From assembly GCA_963711565.1 (NCBI GenBank), contig CAVQEQ010000004.1, positions 64,001 through 128,000 on the forward strand: a stretch of 64,000 nt of DNA. The letters run 5' to 3'. The notes beneath the pieces are model-generated. The model ran no database searches and was not told the origin of the DNA. It saw nothing but the letters and a program-made list of their open reading frames with translations. Positions 21,601 through 29,462 of the stretch are shown here, in pieces; position 1 is the first letter of the stretch; each line of letters opens with the position of its first letter. The DNA comes from an uncultured delta proteobacterium (GTDB lineage: Bacteria > Desulfobacterota > Binatia > Binatales > Binataceae). A program made the translations under genes and the position numbers.

Positions 21601-23068
21601 CGAATATATCGGACGTACTGACCATCAGGTGAAGATCCGCGGGTTCAGAATCGAACTCGGAGAAATCGAAGCGGCCCTCGCGCAGCATCCTTCCGTGCGT
21701 CAAGCGATCGTGTCGGCTCAGCAGGACATCCACGGAGAGAAGCGTTTGGTGGCCTATGTGGTCCGTGATCGCGAGCACGAGCACGCGCCCACAACTAATG
21801 ACCTGCGCAGTTTTCTGAAGGACAAGGTGCCTGAGTACATGGTGCCATCGGTATTCATGCTGCTTGATTTCCTTCCTACTATGCCCAATGGAAAATTGGA
21901 CCGGGGCGCGCTGCCGAAGCCGGACCAAACGCGACCCGAAATGGGGAAAACATTTGTAGGCCCGCGCGATGCTCTGGAACTCCAACTGACCAGTCTCTGG
22001 GAAGAAGTTCTGAACATTCGACCGATCGGAGTGACCGACAATTTCTTTGAGCTCGGCGGGCACTCTCTGCTGGCGGTGCGTCTGTTTGCCTTGATCGACA
22101 AACGTCTGGGTAAAAGACTCCCGTTGGCGGCTCTTTTTCGAGGAGCAACCATCGAAGGTCTGGCTGACATCGTGCGCCAGAACTCATTGTCAGAGACGTC
22201 GTCATCGCTGGTACCTATCCAGCCTTACGGCAACAAACGGCCGCTCTTTCTCGTGCATCCGGCTGGAGGACACGTTTTTCCATTTATCGGCCTGGCCCAA
22301 TGTCTAGGTCCCGATCAGCCTTGTTACGGATTGCAAGCCCGTGGCGTGGAAGAAGGGCAAGACCCGCACACCCGGATCGAGGACATGGCCGCTTGCTACA
22401 TTGAAGCTATTCGGTCCGTGCAGCCGGAAGGCCCCTATCTTCTAGGCGGCTGGTCGATGGGTGGTGAGATAGCCTTCGAGATGGCTCAGCAGTTTCACGC
22501 GCAAGGACAGCGCGTGACGTTGCTGGCTCTACTCGACGCTCGCATTCCCTCTTCCGGTGAGAATGTCGCTGACGAAGATTTCGAAGCGATTTTGCTGGCC
22601 GATGTGGTTCGCTATTTCGGTCTCCCAAAGGATTTCAGCGAGTCGCTGGCGCTTATTCCCCAAAACGAACTCCTCGCACGAGTGCTGGAGCAAGGGAAGA
22701 GATCAGGCTTGATCCCCGCCGATATTGAAGCTTCTCAGGCGCATCGCCTGATCGAGCTCTGCAAATCAGATTTTCGAGCCAGTCGAAACTACGTGCTGCA
22801 TCGCTATCCCGGTCGAGTGACTCTGTTCAGGGCTAGGGAGGATCTCTCTGGAAATCGCCTCGATCCGACGCTGGGATGGAGTGATTGGGCTGACGGAGGA
22901 GTGGACGTTCAGATCGTTCCAGGCAATCACGCGACCATGGTTTACAAACCGAATGTGGAAACTCTCGCGGAGAAGCTTGCAGCGTGCATCGACCAAGTGC
23001 ATCTGGAACCGGAATGCCTGAGCAATAGGATCGAGCCATCGAACGAATTGCTGAAGGACTCTCAATGA
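15695..23068 (+). CDS. two-module NRPS, C-A-T-C-A-T-TE
   Basis: C1 HHIVIDF, C2 HHIVSDG; two YTSGSTGxPKG A domains; two GGHSL T domains; TE GWSMG; GTG overlaps the PKS TAG; no E domain. Confidence 0.96.
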   Translation: MSDVSNRIADLSSAEKRALLAKLLREKARAAESFYPLSYNQQGIWFLSQLAPESMVYNVSFAARIASELDVPALHRSFQALVDRHPCLRTTIDVHSGKPAQRIHHDAKVHFEEVDASAWSRDEVESRLTDEAHRPFDLEQGPLLRVSVFQRSAQEHYLLLVVHHIVIDFWSLAILLNELGTLYPAEAARRATLPPLKLQYSDYVRWQSEVLAGAEGERLWAYWQKQLAGQLPVLALPTDRPRLPIQTHRGGSHDFVLNDELSGRLKLLARAQGATLYVVMLAAFQAMLHYLSGQDDLVVGSPVVGRSRAEFEEIVGLFTNPVFLRVNLAGNPTFQEFVNHVRETVLAALEHQDFPTLLLVERLKPARDLSRPPICQTMFVLDKPHGLAEDGAPTFVHGEAGPTMNSGGLVLESFPLEHRSASLDLVLLVVESTQSLSISVRYNAELFDHSTVIRFGKYFETLLEHVVMQPDVRLSGIAELLAATDREDRRLMDFNQTASPYPDDVCIHRLFEDQVNRRPEGIALTFEHQHLTYAQLNARANQLAHYLRARGVRPEVPVAICMERCFEMVVAILGILKAGGAYLPIDPAYPKERLAFVLENARARVLLTMEPLRERMPEQGVRLICLDSDWESIGTESCENPPSFATAGNLANVIYTSGSTGRPKGVMVEHRGLSNTIQWLSQTLAITADDSTLLKTPITFDAAGREIFPTLLAGARLIIAEPNAHRDCRYIAEKIRDNGVTILHCVPSFLRLLVIEPAFADAVALRAVMCGGEALTPDIVAEFGRHSGAKLYNVYGPTETIIDSAYWLCDGSNGDSTVPIGRPIPNASIHILDANLRPVPTGVAGELYIGGVSLARGYLNLPALTAEKFIPDPFSSEAGNRLYKTGDLARYQQDGNIQYLGRADYQVKIRGFRIELGEVETALALHPSVSQTIVIVHEGALGERRLVAYVVAQPRCAPAAIELRNFLKDKLPEHMVPAVFVMLDSFPLTSNGKVDRRALPSPSDTRPELGKAFVEFRTPTEELLAEIWAQVLGVERVGIYDDFFDLGGHSLLATQVVSRIRETFQVEMPLRRLFETPTVAGLAEGIELSRRNNQNLQLSPIQPIPRDRDLPLSFAQQRLWFIDQLDPGNSVYNFPVALRLKGSLNLAALEQSLNEIVRRHETLRTTFSMVDGQPAQVIASSLTITLPIVDLTELPEVERETEVQRLVVEEARRPFDLARGPLLRASVLKLADGEQVGLLTMHHIVSDGWSAGILIREMAALYQAYCAGSPSPLPELPIQYADFAHWQREWLQGAVLQRQLDYWKKQLEGSPPLLELPEDHPRPAVQTFRGGHQSLLLPKSIGSELTALSRREAATLFMTLLAAFKVLLHCYTRQDDLVVGTPVANRNRLEIEGLIGFFVNSLVLRTSLSGNPTFRELVRRVRKVCVDAYAHQDLPFERLVEELHIERDLSRNPLFQVMFVLQNASMHAVELPGLTLNPVIAEGGTTHFDLTLHIADTEQGLVETIAYNTDLFDADTITRMLAHFQTLLEAIVKDPDRHLSDLSLLTDTQRQQVLSGSHDIHRSYRPNLCIHQLFEAQVERTPDAVALVFEDEHLTYRELNIRSNRLAHSLRKSGVGPEVPVGVCLERSLEVVISLLAILKAGGVYLPLDLAYPKQRISFMLEDSRASVLLTQKSLIQGLPEHCARVVCLDSDGEAIAQESSENQASSSESENLAYIIYTSGSTGQPKGVLVSHGSIAEHCRDAEKYYELKPTDRVLQFASMSFDLSLEQILPTLIAGARLVVVGKEVWRASEFHSKAAEFGLTVVDLPTGYWQELVHEWAICPEPVLSTQYRLFLVGGDTMLPEVLSLWQRTLLRSVRLINAYGPTEATITATAFEATSNFGETGKFHRVPIGRPLANREIYILDRHCNPVPIGVPGELHIGGRSLARGYLNRPDLTADRFIPDPFSTVAGARLYKTGDLARHLPDGNIEYIGRTDHQVKIRGFRIELGEIEAALAQHPSVRQAIVSAQQDIHGEKRLVAYVVRDREHEHAPTTNDLRSFLKDKVPEYMVPSVFMLLDFLPTMPNGKLDRGALPKPDQTRPEMGKTFVGPRDALELQLTSLWEEVLNIRPIGVTDNFFELGGHSLLAVRLFALIDKRLGKRLPLAALFRGATIEGLADIVRQNSLSETSSSLVPIQPYGNKRPLFLVHPAGGHVFPFIGLAQCLGPDQPCYGLQARGVEEGQDPHTRIEDMAACYIEAIRSVQPEGPYLLGGWSMGGEIAFEMAQQFHAQGQRVTLLALLDARIPSSGENVADEDFEAILLADVVRYFGLPKDFSESLALIPQNELLARVLEQGKRSGLIPADIEASQAHRLIELCKSDFRASRNYVLHRYPGRVTLFRAREDLSGNRLDPTLGWSDWADGGVDVQIVPGNHATMVYKPNVETLAEKLAACIDQVHLEPECLSNRIEPSNELLKDSQ

Positions 23069-23340
23069 ACGACGATACTGAAGATACAAAATATAAAGTC
23101 GTGGTGAATGACGAAGAGCAGTTCTCGATTTGGGCTGTCGATCGTCCGAACCCCAATGGCTGGCGCGATGCGCCTAAGAGTGGTTCTAAGTCTGAGTGCC
23201 TGGCTTACATCGAAGAAGTGTGGATCGATATGAGGCCGCTCAGTCTTAGGAATAAAATGAATAACTCCGTAGGTGTGCCTGAGCTTCCGGGTGTTCATTT
23301 GAACGGGAATCATCGAAAAGCGAGCGAGAGAAAATCTTGA
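23065..23340 (+). CDS. MbtH-like protein
   Basis: VVVNDEEQFSIW...P.GW...CLAYIEEVWIDMRPLSL. Confidence 0.95.
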   Translation: MNDDTEDTKYKVVVNDEEQFSIWAVDRPNPNGWRDAPKSGSKSECLAYIEEVWIDMRPLSLRNKMNNSVGVPELPGVHLNGNHRKASERKS

Positions 23341-24083
23341 CCGCCTCATCATCTGACTCGTGGATTGCGGGGCGCCAACCAAACTCGCAGGCACGCTTGC
23401 GCCTGTTCTGTTTTCCATACGCCGGTGGAGCCGCATCGGTGTTTCGCAACTGGTCAGAAGGATTGCCCGCCGATGTTGAGGTGTGTCCGATCCAATTCCC
23501 AGGGCGCGGGACTCGATTGATGGAGCCTCCGTTCAGAAAGCTTTCGCTTCTGGTCGAGGCGTTGGCCGAAGCGCTACGTCCGCTTCTCGACAAACCCTTC
23601 GCATTCTTCGGTCATAGCCTCGGATCTCTAGTGAGCTTTGAACTCGCCCGCCAGTTCCGGGTAAAGCATCAGGCAAGTCCGATCCGCTTGTTTGTATCGG
23701 CAGGGCCCGCGCCGCAGATTCCTCATCGAGGCCCGCCGATCAATAGTTTGCCGAAAGAAGAATTTGCGGCGGAGTTGCGGCGCTTGAACGGAACGCCGGC
23801 AGAGTTGCTGAATGACAAAGAACTGATGGATATCGTGCTTCCGTCACTGCGGGCGGACTTTGCCCTCTACGAAAGCTATCGATACTTGTCGGGGCTTCCG
23901 CTGAATTGCCCAATTTCCACTTTTGGCGGCTTGAACGACCAAAGAGTCAATCATGACGATCTCGAAGCATGGCGTGATCAGACCACAGCTTCCTTCTCTA
24001 TCCGGATGTTTCCCGGTGACCATTTCTTCTTGAAAACGACCCAGCCCTTGTTGCTTCGAGCTCTCTCGCAAGAGCTGCGATGA
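23337..24083 (+). CDS. type II thioesterase
   Basis: LFCFPYAGG, FGHSLG, PGDHFF. Confidence 0.93.
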   Translation: MTASSSDSWIAGRQPNSQARLRLFCFPYAGGAASVFRNWSEGLPADVEVCPIQFPGRGTRLMEPPFRKLSLLVEALAEALRPLLDKPFAFFGHSLGSLVSFELARQFRVKHQASPIRLFVSAGPAPQIPHRGPPINSLPKEEFAAELRRLNGTPAELLNDKELMDIVLPSLRADFALYESYRYLSGLPLNCPISTFGGLNDQRVNHDDLEAWRDQTTASFSIRMFPGDHFFLKTTQPLLLRALSQELR

Positions 24084-24859
24084 AGAGCGGACAGATAACA
24101 GCCGCCTGTTTTGATGTTCCTTGGCTCTCGCCGCCCGAGCGTCTGAGCTTAGCTGGCAACGCGGTGCATGTCTGGCGAGCCAGTTTGGATCAGCGCTCTT
24201 CGCAGGCAGATGGCTTTCTAAACACTCTGGACGACGACGAACGATCGAGGGCAGGCCGATTCTACTTCAGCCGCGACCGCGAGCGCTTTATCGTAGCTCG
24301 TGGAGTACTCAGGGCGATCCTCGGCAGCTACTTAAACAGAGCACCTGAAAGCCTCGCCTTCAGTTATAACACCCATGGAAAGCCTGCCTTGGACTCGGAG
24401 TCAGATGCGATCCGCTTCAACCTTTCCCACTCTCACGGGACGGCCCTATATGCAGTTACTCGTGGCCGCGAGATCGGCGTGGATCTCGAATTCATCCGCT
24501 GCGATTTGGAGGCGGAGCAAATCGCCGAACGATTTTTCTCGCACCGCGAGATCGCTACGCTCCGGGCGCTCCCGCTCAGCCTTCGGAAATACGCATTCTT
24601 TCTCTGTTGGACCCGCAAAGAAGCCTACATCAAGGCCAGAGGTGACGGACTTTCGATGCCTCTTGACCAGTTCGACGTATCGCTGATTCCCGGAGAACCT
24701 GCGGCGCTGTTGAGCACGCAACCAGATAGAGGCGAAGCCGTTCGCTGGTCTTTATGGAACCTGACCCCCGCCTCCGGCTACGCTGCCGCGCTTGCCGCCG
24801 AAGGACGCGACTGGACGCTGTCCTGTTGGCAATGGCCGCTATTCGGGATTGAGCGTTAA
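24080..24859 (+). CDS. Sfp-type 4'-phosphopantetheinyl transferase
   Basis: GKP, FNLSHS, IGVDLE, WTRKEAYIKA. Confidence 0.94.
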   Translation: MKSGQITAACFDVPWLSPPERLSLAGNAVHVWRASLDQRSSQADGFLNTLDDDERSRAGRFYFSRDRERFIVARGVLRAILGSYLNRAPESLAFSYNTHGKPALDSESDAIRFNLSHSHGTALYAVTRGREIGVDLEFIRCDLEAEQIAERFFSHREIATLRALPLSLRKYAFFLCWTRKEAYIKARGDGLSMPLDQFDVSLIPGEPAALLSTQPDRGEAVRWSLWNLTPASGYAAALAAEGRDWTLSCWQWPLFGIER

Positions 24860-25128
24860 TCGCGCTCCGACTCGTTAGCAATAAGCGGTTGCTTGGCCGC
24901 GTGGAAAGGGAATAGCCTGAGTTTGCCTCCCGAGAGCTTGCTTCCATCTACAATCTCTGCCCGAGGAAGTTTCCACGCGGTATGCGTGCTGAGTGTCTGC
25001 GCCTGAGCAGGGCCCGGTATGCTTGAACCAGTGCGCCGGCGCTTATCGTCGTCTTGGTTTAGGAGCCACAAATTTTTGGAACTATCATTTCGTCGATCCG
25101 ATTCCGGATCCTGATTGCTTCGCTGACG

Positions 25129-26028
25129 GTGTTCGCGGCGGGCTTAATCCAATGGCCTTCCGTGGGCCGAGCGGACGTACTTCTGGCGCCGAGCACGGAG
25201 TCGAGCGCAGGTGGCGAAATCGATGCCTGGCTCGTGACGCGCGGTCTGATCGGCAACGCGATGATCACTGCACAATCCGGCGCCGGCATAATGACCCCAC
25301 CGCCGGGCACCGAGGTAAACGAAACCCGGCAAACAGCGAACCTTACGGGCGAGGTCCTGAACGAAGTCAAATCGTGGAACGAGAGAAAGAACGACGACAC
25401 GATCCATATCGAGGTGACCACTCTTTCGACTACCCAGTTCGAAGTCGCTTTCTGGCTGTTTCCCAATCATCGGAAGGGCTGCACCATGTATAAGTGGACA
25501 CTCTACGATCATGGCCGCGCGCTGCAGAGCGCGTTCTGGCGCAACGATGCGGCGGTGCTGCGGCTGGCTGGCGCCGCGGATCTGCCCCATGACTTGTATC
25601 CGGATTCGGTTCCGTGGGTGGCGTTTCTACGCGTCCTCGATGCGCCGCGCGAAGGCGGCGAAGGTATGATTGATCAACAGATCACGCCTTACAGCTATGT
25701 TGGTCAGGAGGTTTGGGTGGCCGGCTCCGAACAGGTCACCGTCCCAGCCGGCACCTTCTCTGCGCTGAAGGTAACCGCGAAAGTCAACATCACGACGATA
25801 ATGCCGAACTGGCCCCGCTTCGTTCTGCAAGTCATCAAGCCCGTAATTCCAAAAAACACGCTCTACTTCGAGGCGGCGTCCCCCTATCGGCTGCTCAAGC
25901 AGGAAGGGACCACCTTTGTCGGGGGCCCCGAGGTCACGACGGAACTTATCCGTTTCTATACTGCCGAGGCGCCGCCCGTCACGCCGGTCGCTGCCGCGCC
26001 CGCAGGTCAGCTGATCGCCAAGCCTTAG
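25129..26028 (+). CDS. exported DUF3108-like beta-rich protein; true start uncertain (possible upstream frameshift)
   Basis: EQVTVPAGTFSALKV motif; a hydrophobic signal-like stretch extends upstream in frame. Confidence 0.6.
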   Translation: MFAAGLIQWPSVGRADVLLAPSTESSAGGEIDAWLVTRGLIGNAMITAQSGAGIMTPPPGTEVNETRQTANLTGEVLNEVKSWNERKNDDTIHIEVTTLSTTQFEVAFWLFPNHRKGCTMYKWTLYDHGRALQSAFWRNDAAVLRLAGAADLPHDLYPDSVPWVAFLRVLDAPREGGEGMIDQQITPYSYVGQEVWVAGSEQVTVPAGTFSALKVTAKVNITTIMPNWPRFVLQVIKPVIPKNTLYFEAASPYRLLKQEGTTFVGGPEVTTELIRFYTAEAPPVTPVAAAPAGQLIAKP

Positions 26029-26400
26029 CGAGTTTCTTTGCCCGATTCGCTTGCCCGGATATCAGCCCTAAAAAATTACGTCGCGAATTTGAAAATCCCT
26101 TTGAAGCTGGCTTAACTCGCCGGATCGCTACGCTATTTCATTTTTCCCTGGACTCTGGGCACGATCGATCTCGCCGAACAAAACCTCGACCAGTTGCATC
26201 TGATAGCTAGGCCTGTCAATAAGGTAGAAAGTAATTAGCATCCATTAACTCGAAAAAAGACAAATAGTGTTCCCAGGGAGACGAAAATCAATCTCATGGA
26301 GAGGTGCGGTTGTCGCATTGGCTGCCAACCAGGCGACCTGCTCAGGCAGTGGCATTAGCGATGGATTCGCAACCTCCAATACAGAAATTCTGGAGATCTG

Positions 26401-27399
26401 ATGCCCGAAGAATTTGTTGTTCCTGAGGAGGAACGGGTTGCGAAAGCGGTCCACTCCGACGCCTACTTCGATCTGATTCGCAGGCTCAGCCATCAATCGG
26501 TGGTGAAACATTTCGATGCCTACGCGGATATTGACTGGGACAATCCTGAGTTCCGAATCGATCACGATGACTCGCGATGGGAACTCGAGCCGGACGACGT
26601 GCTTGGAGCGACCGCATGGTACCGCGCGCAGCCGGCAGGAATCCGGTCCCGGATCGGTCTTCGCATATTGGCCAACTTTATGAAGATCGGTGTGATCTTC
26701 GAATACGTGCTCAAGCGCGGCCTGCTGGATTTCGCGAGCCGGCTGCCAAGCGGATCGCCCGAATTCCGCTACTGCTACCACGAGACCATCGAAGAGGCGC
26801 AGCACTCGCTCATGTTCCAGGAATTCATCAACCGCACCGGCTTCAACCTTCCCGGACTAAGCGGGCTCGAATGCAGGTGTGCGGACTTCGTAGTGAAGTA
26901 CGCGCGCAAGTTCCCGGAACTGTTCTTCGTCTTCGTACTGGCAGGCGAAGATCCGATCGATTACGTGCAGCGCCAGAGTCTGCGCAAGAACCGCGAGGAC
27001 ATTCATCCGCTGCTTCGGCGAATCATGCAGATCCACGTTACAGAAGAGGCGCGCCACATGAGCTTCGCGCGTCACGCCTTGCGCATGCGCGTTCCGGCGC
27101 TGCGCGGCAGCCGCCGGTGGCGGTTGGGACTGTGCGTGCCTCTAATCCTCGGTGTCATGGGCAAGATGATGATGGAGGCGTCGCCGCAGATCGCGCGCGA
27201 ATATAAGATCCCGCGCGAAGTCGTGGACGCCGCCTATCGCAAGAATCCGATTCACGGTGCACGCATCCACGAAGCTTCAACCAAGCTGTTTGGCCTGTGC
27301 AAAGAGTTGGGTCTGGTGAACCGATGGTCGTTGCGTTTGTGGAAAGTAATGCGAATCCTGCCGGAAGCCGGAGCGTTGGTTCCCGCTGCTACGCGGTGA
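26401..27399 (+). CDS. AurF-like (ferritin-like) diiron oxygenase
   Basis: YHETIEEAQHSLMF, AGEDPID, IHVTEEARH; RBS GGAG. Confidence 0.88.
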   Translation: MPEEFVVPEEERVAKAVHSDAYFDLIRRLSHQSVVKHFDAYADIDWDNPEFRIDHDDSRWELEPDDVLGATAWYRAQPAGIRSRIGLRILANFMKIGVIFEYVLKRGLLDFASRLPSGSPEFRYCYHETIEEAQHSLMFQEFINRTGFNLPGLSGLECRCADFVVKYARKFPELFFVFVLAGEDPIDYVQRQSLRKNREDIHPLLRRIMQIHVTEEARHMSFARHALRMRVPALRGSRRWRLGLCVPLILGVMGKMMMEASPQIAREYKIPREVVDAAYRKNPIHGARIHEASTKLFGLCKELGLVNRWSLRLWKVMRILPEAGALVPAATR

Positions 27400-27426
27400 G
27401 TGCGCGGCCGGAGAAATCAAATCGAA

Positions 27427-28140
27427 TCAAGCAACAGCAGCCACCTGGCCGCCACGCGTCTCGTCGCCCGTAATCTGGCCGTCGCGCAAACGGATTAAGC
27501 GATGAGCTCGCTCCATGACCTGCGGGTCATGGGTGGAGAAGAGAAAAGTCGTACCCGTGGTACGATTAAGCTGTTCCATCACATCGAGAAGAGCGATAGC
27601 CGAGGCGGAGTCCAGATTTGCGGTGGGCTCATCGGCCAGAATGAGCGCAGGCTCGGTAACCATCGCGCGAGCCACGGCAACGCGTTGTTGCTGACCGCCG
27701 GACAACTCGGCGGGGCGACGATCCTCAAGACCGGCGAGGCCGATTTCTGCAAATAGTTTTTCGACCTTTTCCCTACGTTGGCGCGCAGGCATCCCCTGTA
27801 GGAGCAGAGTAAATTCCGCGTTTTCCAAAGCAGTAAGGACAGGCAACAGGTTGTACGTCTGGAAGACAAAGCCGATGCGCAGCAAACGCAGATGTGCCAG
27901 CTCACCTGCGGACAAGAGCTGAAGGTTTTGCCCCGCCACCCAGATCTCGCCAGTGTCCGCGCGATCGAGCCCGCCGATAATGTTGAGCAGGGTGGTCTTG
28001 CTTGAACCAGATGGACCTGCGGTAGCTACGAATTCCCCGGCCGCGATACTCAGAGAGACGCCACGCAAAGCTGGGACCTCGATCGGTCCAGTGCGATAGG
28101 TCTTTCGCACGTCTTTCAATTTAACCGCCCATTCGTTCAT
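27427..28140 (-). CDS. ABC transporter ATP-binding protein (LolD/MacB type)
   Basis: Variant Walker A GPSGSSKT, LSGGQQQRVA, ADEPTANLD, STHD. Confidence 0.92.
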   Translation of the reverse strand: MNEWAVKLKDVRKTYRTGPIEVPALRGVSLSIAAGEFVATAGPSGSSKTTLLNIIGGLDRADTGEIWVAGQNLQLLSAGELAHLRLLRIGFVFQTYNLLPVLTALENAEFTLLLQGMPARQRREKVEKLFAEIGLAGLEDRRPAELSGGQQQRVAVARAMVTEPALILADEPTANLDSASAIALLDVMEQLNRTTGTTFLFSTHDPQVMERAHRLIRLRDGQITGDETRGGQVAAVA

Positions 28141-28152
28141 ATCGCCTCTCTG

Positions 28153-29460
28153 CTAAAGCACCTTCAGAGCGTCGGGGAGGTCTGTGCGCGCCGCCTTAAA
28201 CGCTGGATAAAATGAAATGATTGTAGCCATCGCGAATACGATGCTGACGGACCAGACTATTCGATCCATGCTCAGCCGCGAGTATAGAATAGGGTCGAAG
28301 ACCAGAGCGGGTGGAAGACCGGCCTTGAATACCAAGCGCAGATCTAATCCTGCCGTCGCGAAATAATGCTGGACGCTCAAGCCCAGGACCAATCCCAGTG
28401 CCAGGCTAATAGCTGTCAGCGCCAACGACTCGCCGACTACCATTATTGCAAGCTGCCGAGGCTGCAGACCGAGAGCTTTGCTGACGCCAAATTCATACCG
28501 GCGTTCGAGCACTCGCATAAGAATCGTGTTGAGTATTCCCAACCCCACCATCGCCAGAATCACGCCGTTCATGATGTAGTTGAAGGCGTGGTCCAGCCCC
28601 AGAATTTGAGCAAGCATCGGTAGCGATTCCCGCCACGTCAGAACTTCGACAGGAGATCCTGCCAACTGCTTTCGCAGAGCTCTCGCTACCAGAGGCGAGT
28701 CACCCTCCTTTACCAACAGGAGTGCTGCCTGAGTTACCTGGTCGTCGGATACCCCGAGTAGAGCCTGAGCCGCGGACAACGGAACGAAGATCATATTGGC
28801 GTCTATTGCCTGGAGTCCTGTGCGAAAGATACCGCTCACCCTCAACAGAGTGCTTTGCATCTCGTCGCCAGTGTCAGAACCGATTTTGGCGCCTGGCGAT
28901 CGCAGCTCCTGAGTCATCAAAACTGCCTTGGAACCTATCTTCAGCTCGAGTTTGCGAGCTAACTCGTCGCCGATGACGACTCCGATCACGGCGCCAGTGA
29001 GCTTTTCATTGCTGGTGAGCCAGGTTCCTTCAATCATCCGCTGTGGGATGAGCGATACCGCCAAATCATCTTTCGGTATGACCCCCACTAGTCTGACGCC
29101 GGCAGAACTAGCGGATGAACTCATAAGGCCGGTGGCCAGGAGTCTGGGACTAACTCCGCGCACAACCTTTTTGATGTTCCCGGTTGCCAAAAATCCTTCG
29201 AGATTGGAGACGACTTGAGCCGGGAGCAGAAGTTCGTCGGAGCTGGAGTCTTGATAACCCTTCGCTTGCACGACCACATGCCCGGGTCCGAAGCGGACTC
29301 CATCGGCGATCGTTTGTTCGTGGCCACCGTCAAGCAGGCCCAGCGAGATCAGCAGCAGCGCCAACCCCAGACCGAGAGCCAGCGCGGTTAGCAGCGTACC
29401 TCGGGGATTGCGCCAAAGGTTGCGCCAACTGAGCTTCGCGAGGAGGTATAGGCTTGTCAC
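28153..29460 (-). CDS. ABC transporter permease (LolE/FtsX-like)
   Basis: LAKLSWRNLWRNPRGT, periplasmic domain, LNTILMRVLERRYEFG; the upstream extension in the ORF track overlaps the neighbouring gene. Confidence 0.88.
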   Translation of the reverse strand: MTSLYLLAKLSWRNLWRNPRGTLLTALALGLGLALLLISLGLLDGGHEQTIADGVRFGPGHVVVQAKGYQDSSSDELLLPAQVVSNLEGFLATGNIKKVVRGVSPRLLATGLMSSSASSAGVRLVGVIPKDDLAVSLIPQRMIEGTWLTSNEKLTGAVIGVVIGDELARKLELKIGSKAVLMTQELRSPGAKIGSDTGDEMQSTLLRVSGIFRTGLQAIDANMIFVPLSAAQALLGVSDDQVTQAALLLVKEGDSPLVARALRKQLAGSPVEVLTWRESLPMLAQILGLDHAFNYIMNGVILAMVGLGILNTILMRVLERRYEFGVSKALGLQPRQLAIMVVGESLALTAISLALGLVLGLSVQHYFATAGLDLRLVFKAGLPPALVFDPILYSRLSMDRIVWSVSIVFAMATIISFYPAFKAARTDLPDALKVL

Positions 29461-29462
29461 GG

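Noticed and set aside
7982-24859. Siderophore interpretation of the NRPS cluster
   Set aside because: No TonB receptor, ornithine/lysine N-hydroxylase, catechol/salicylate genes, TauD-type hydroxylase or Fur-box-like site seen; not fully excluded
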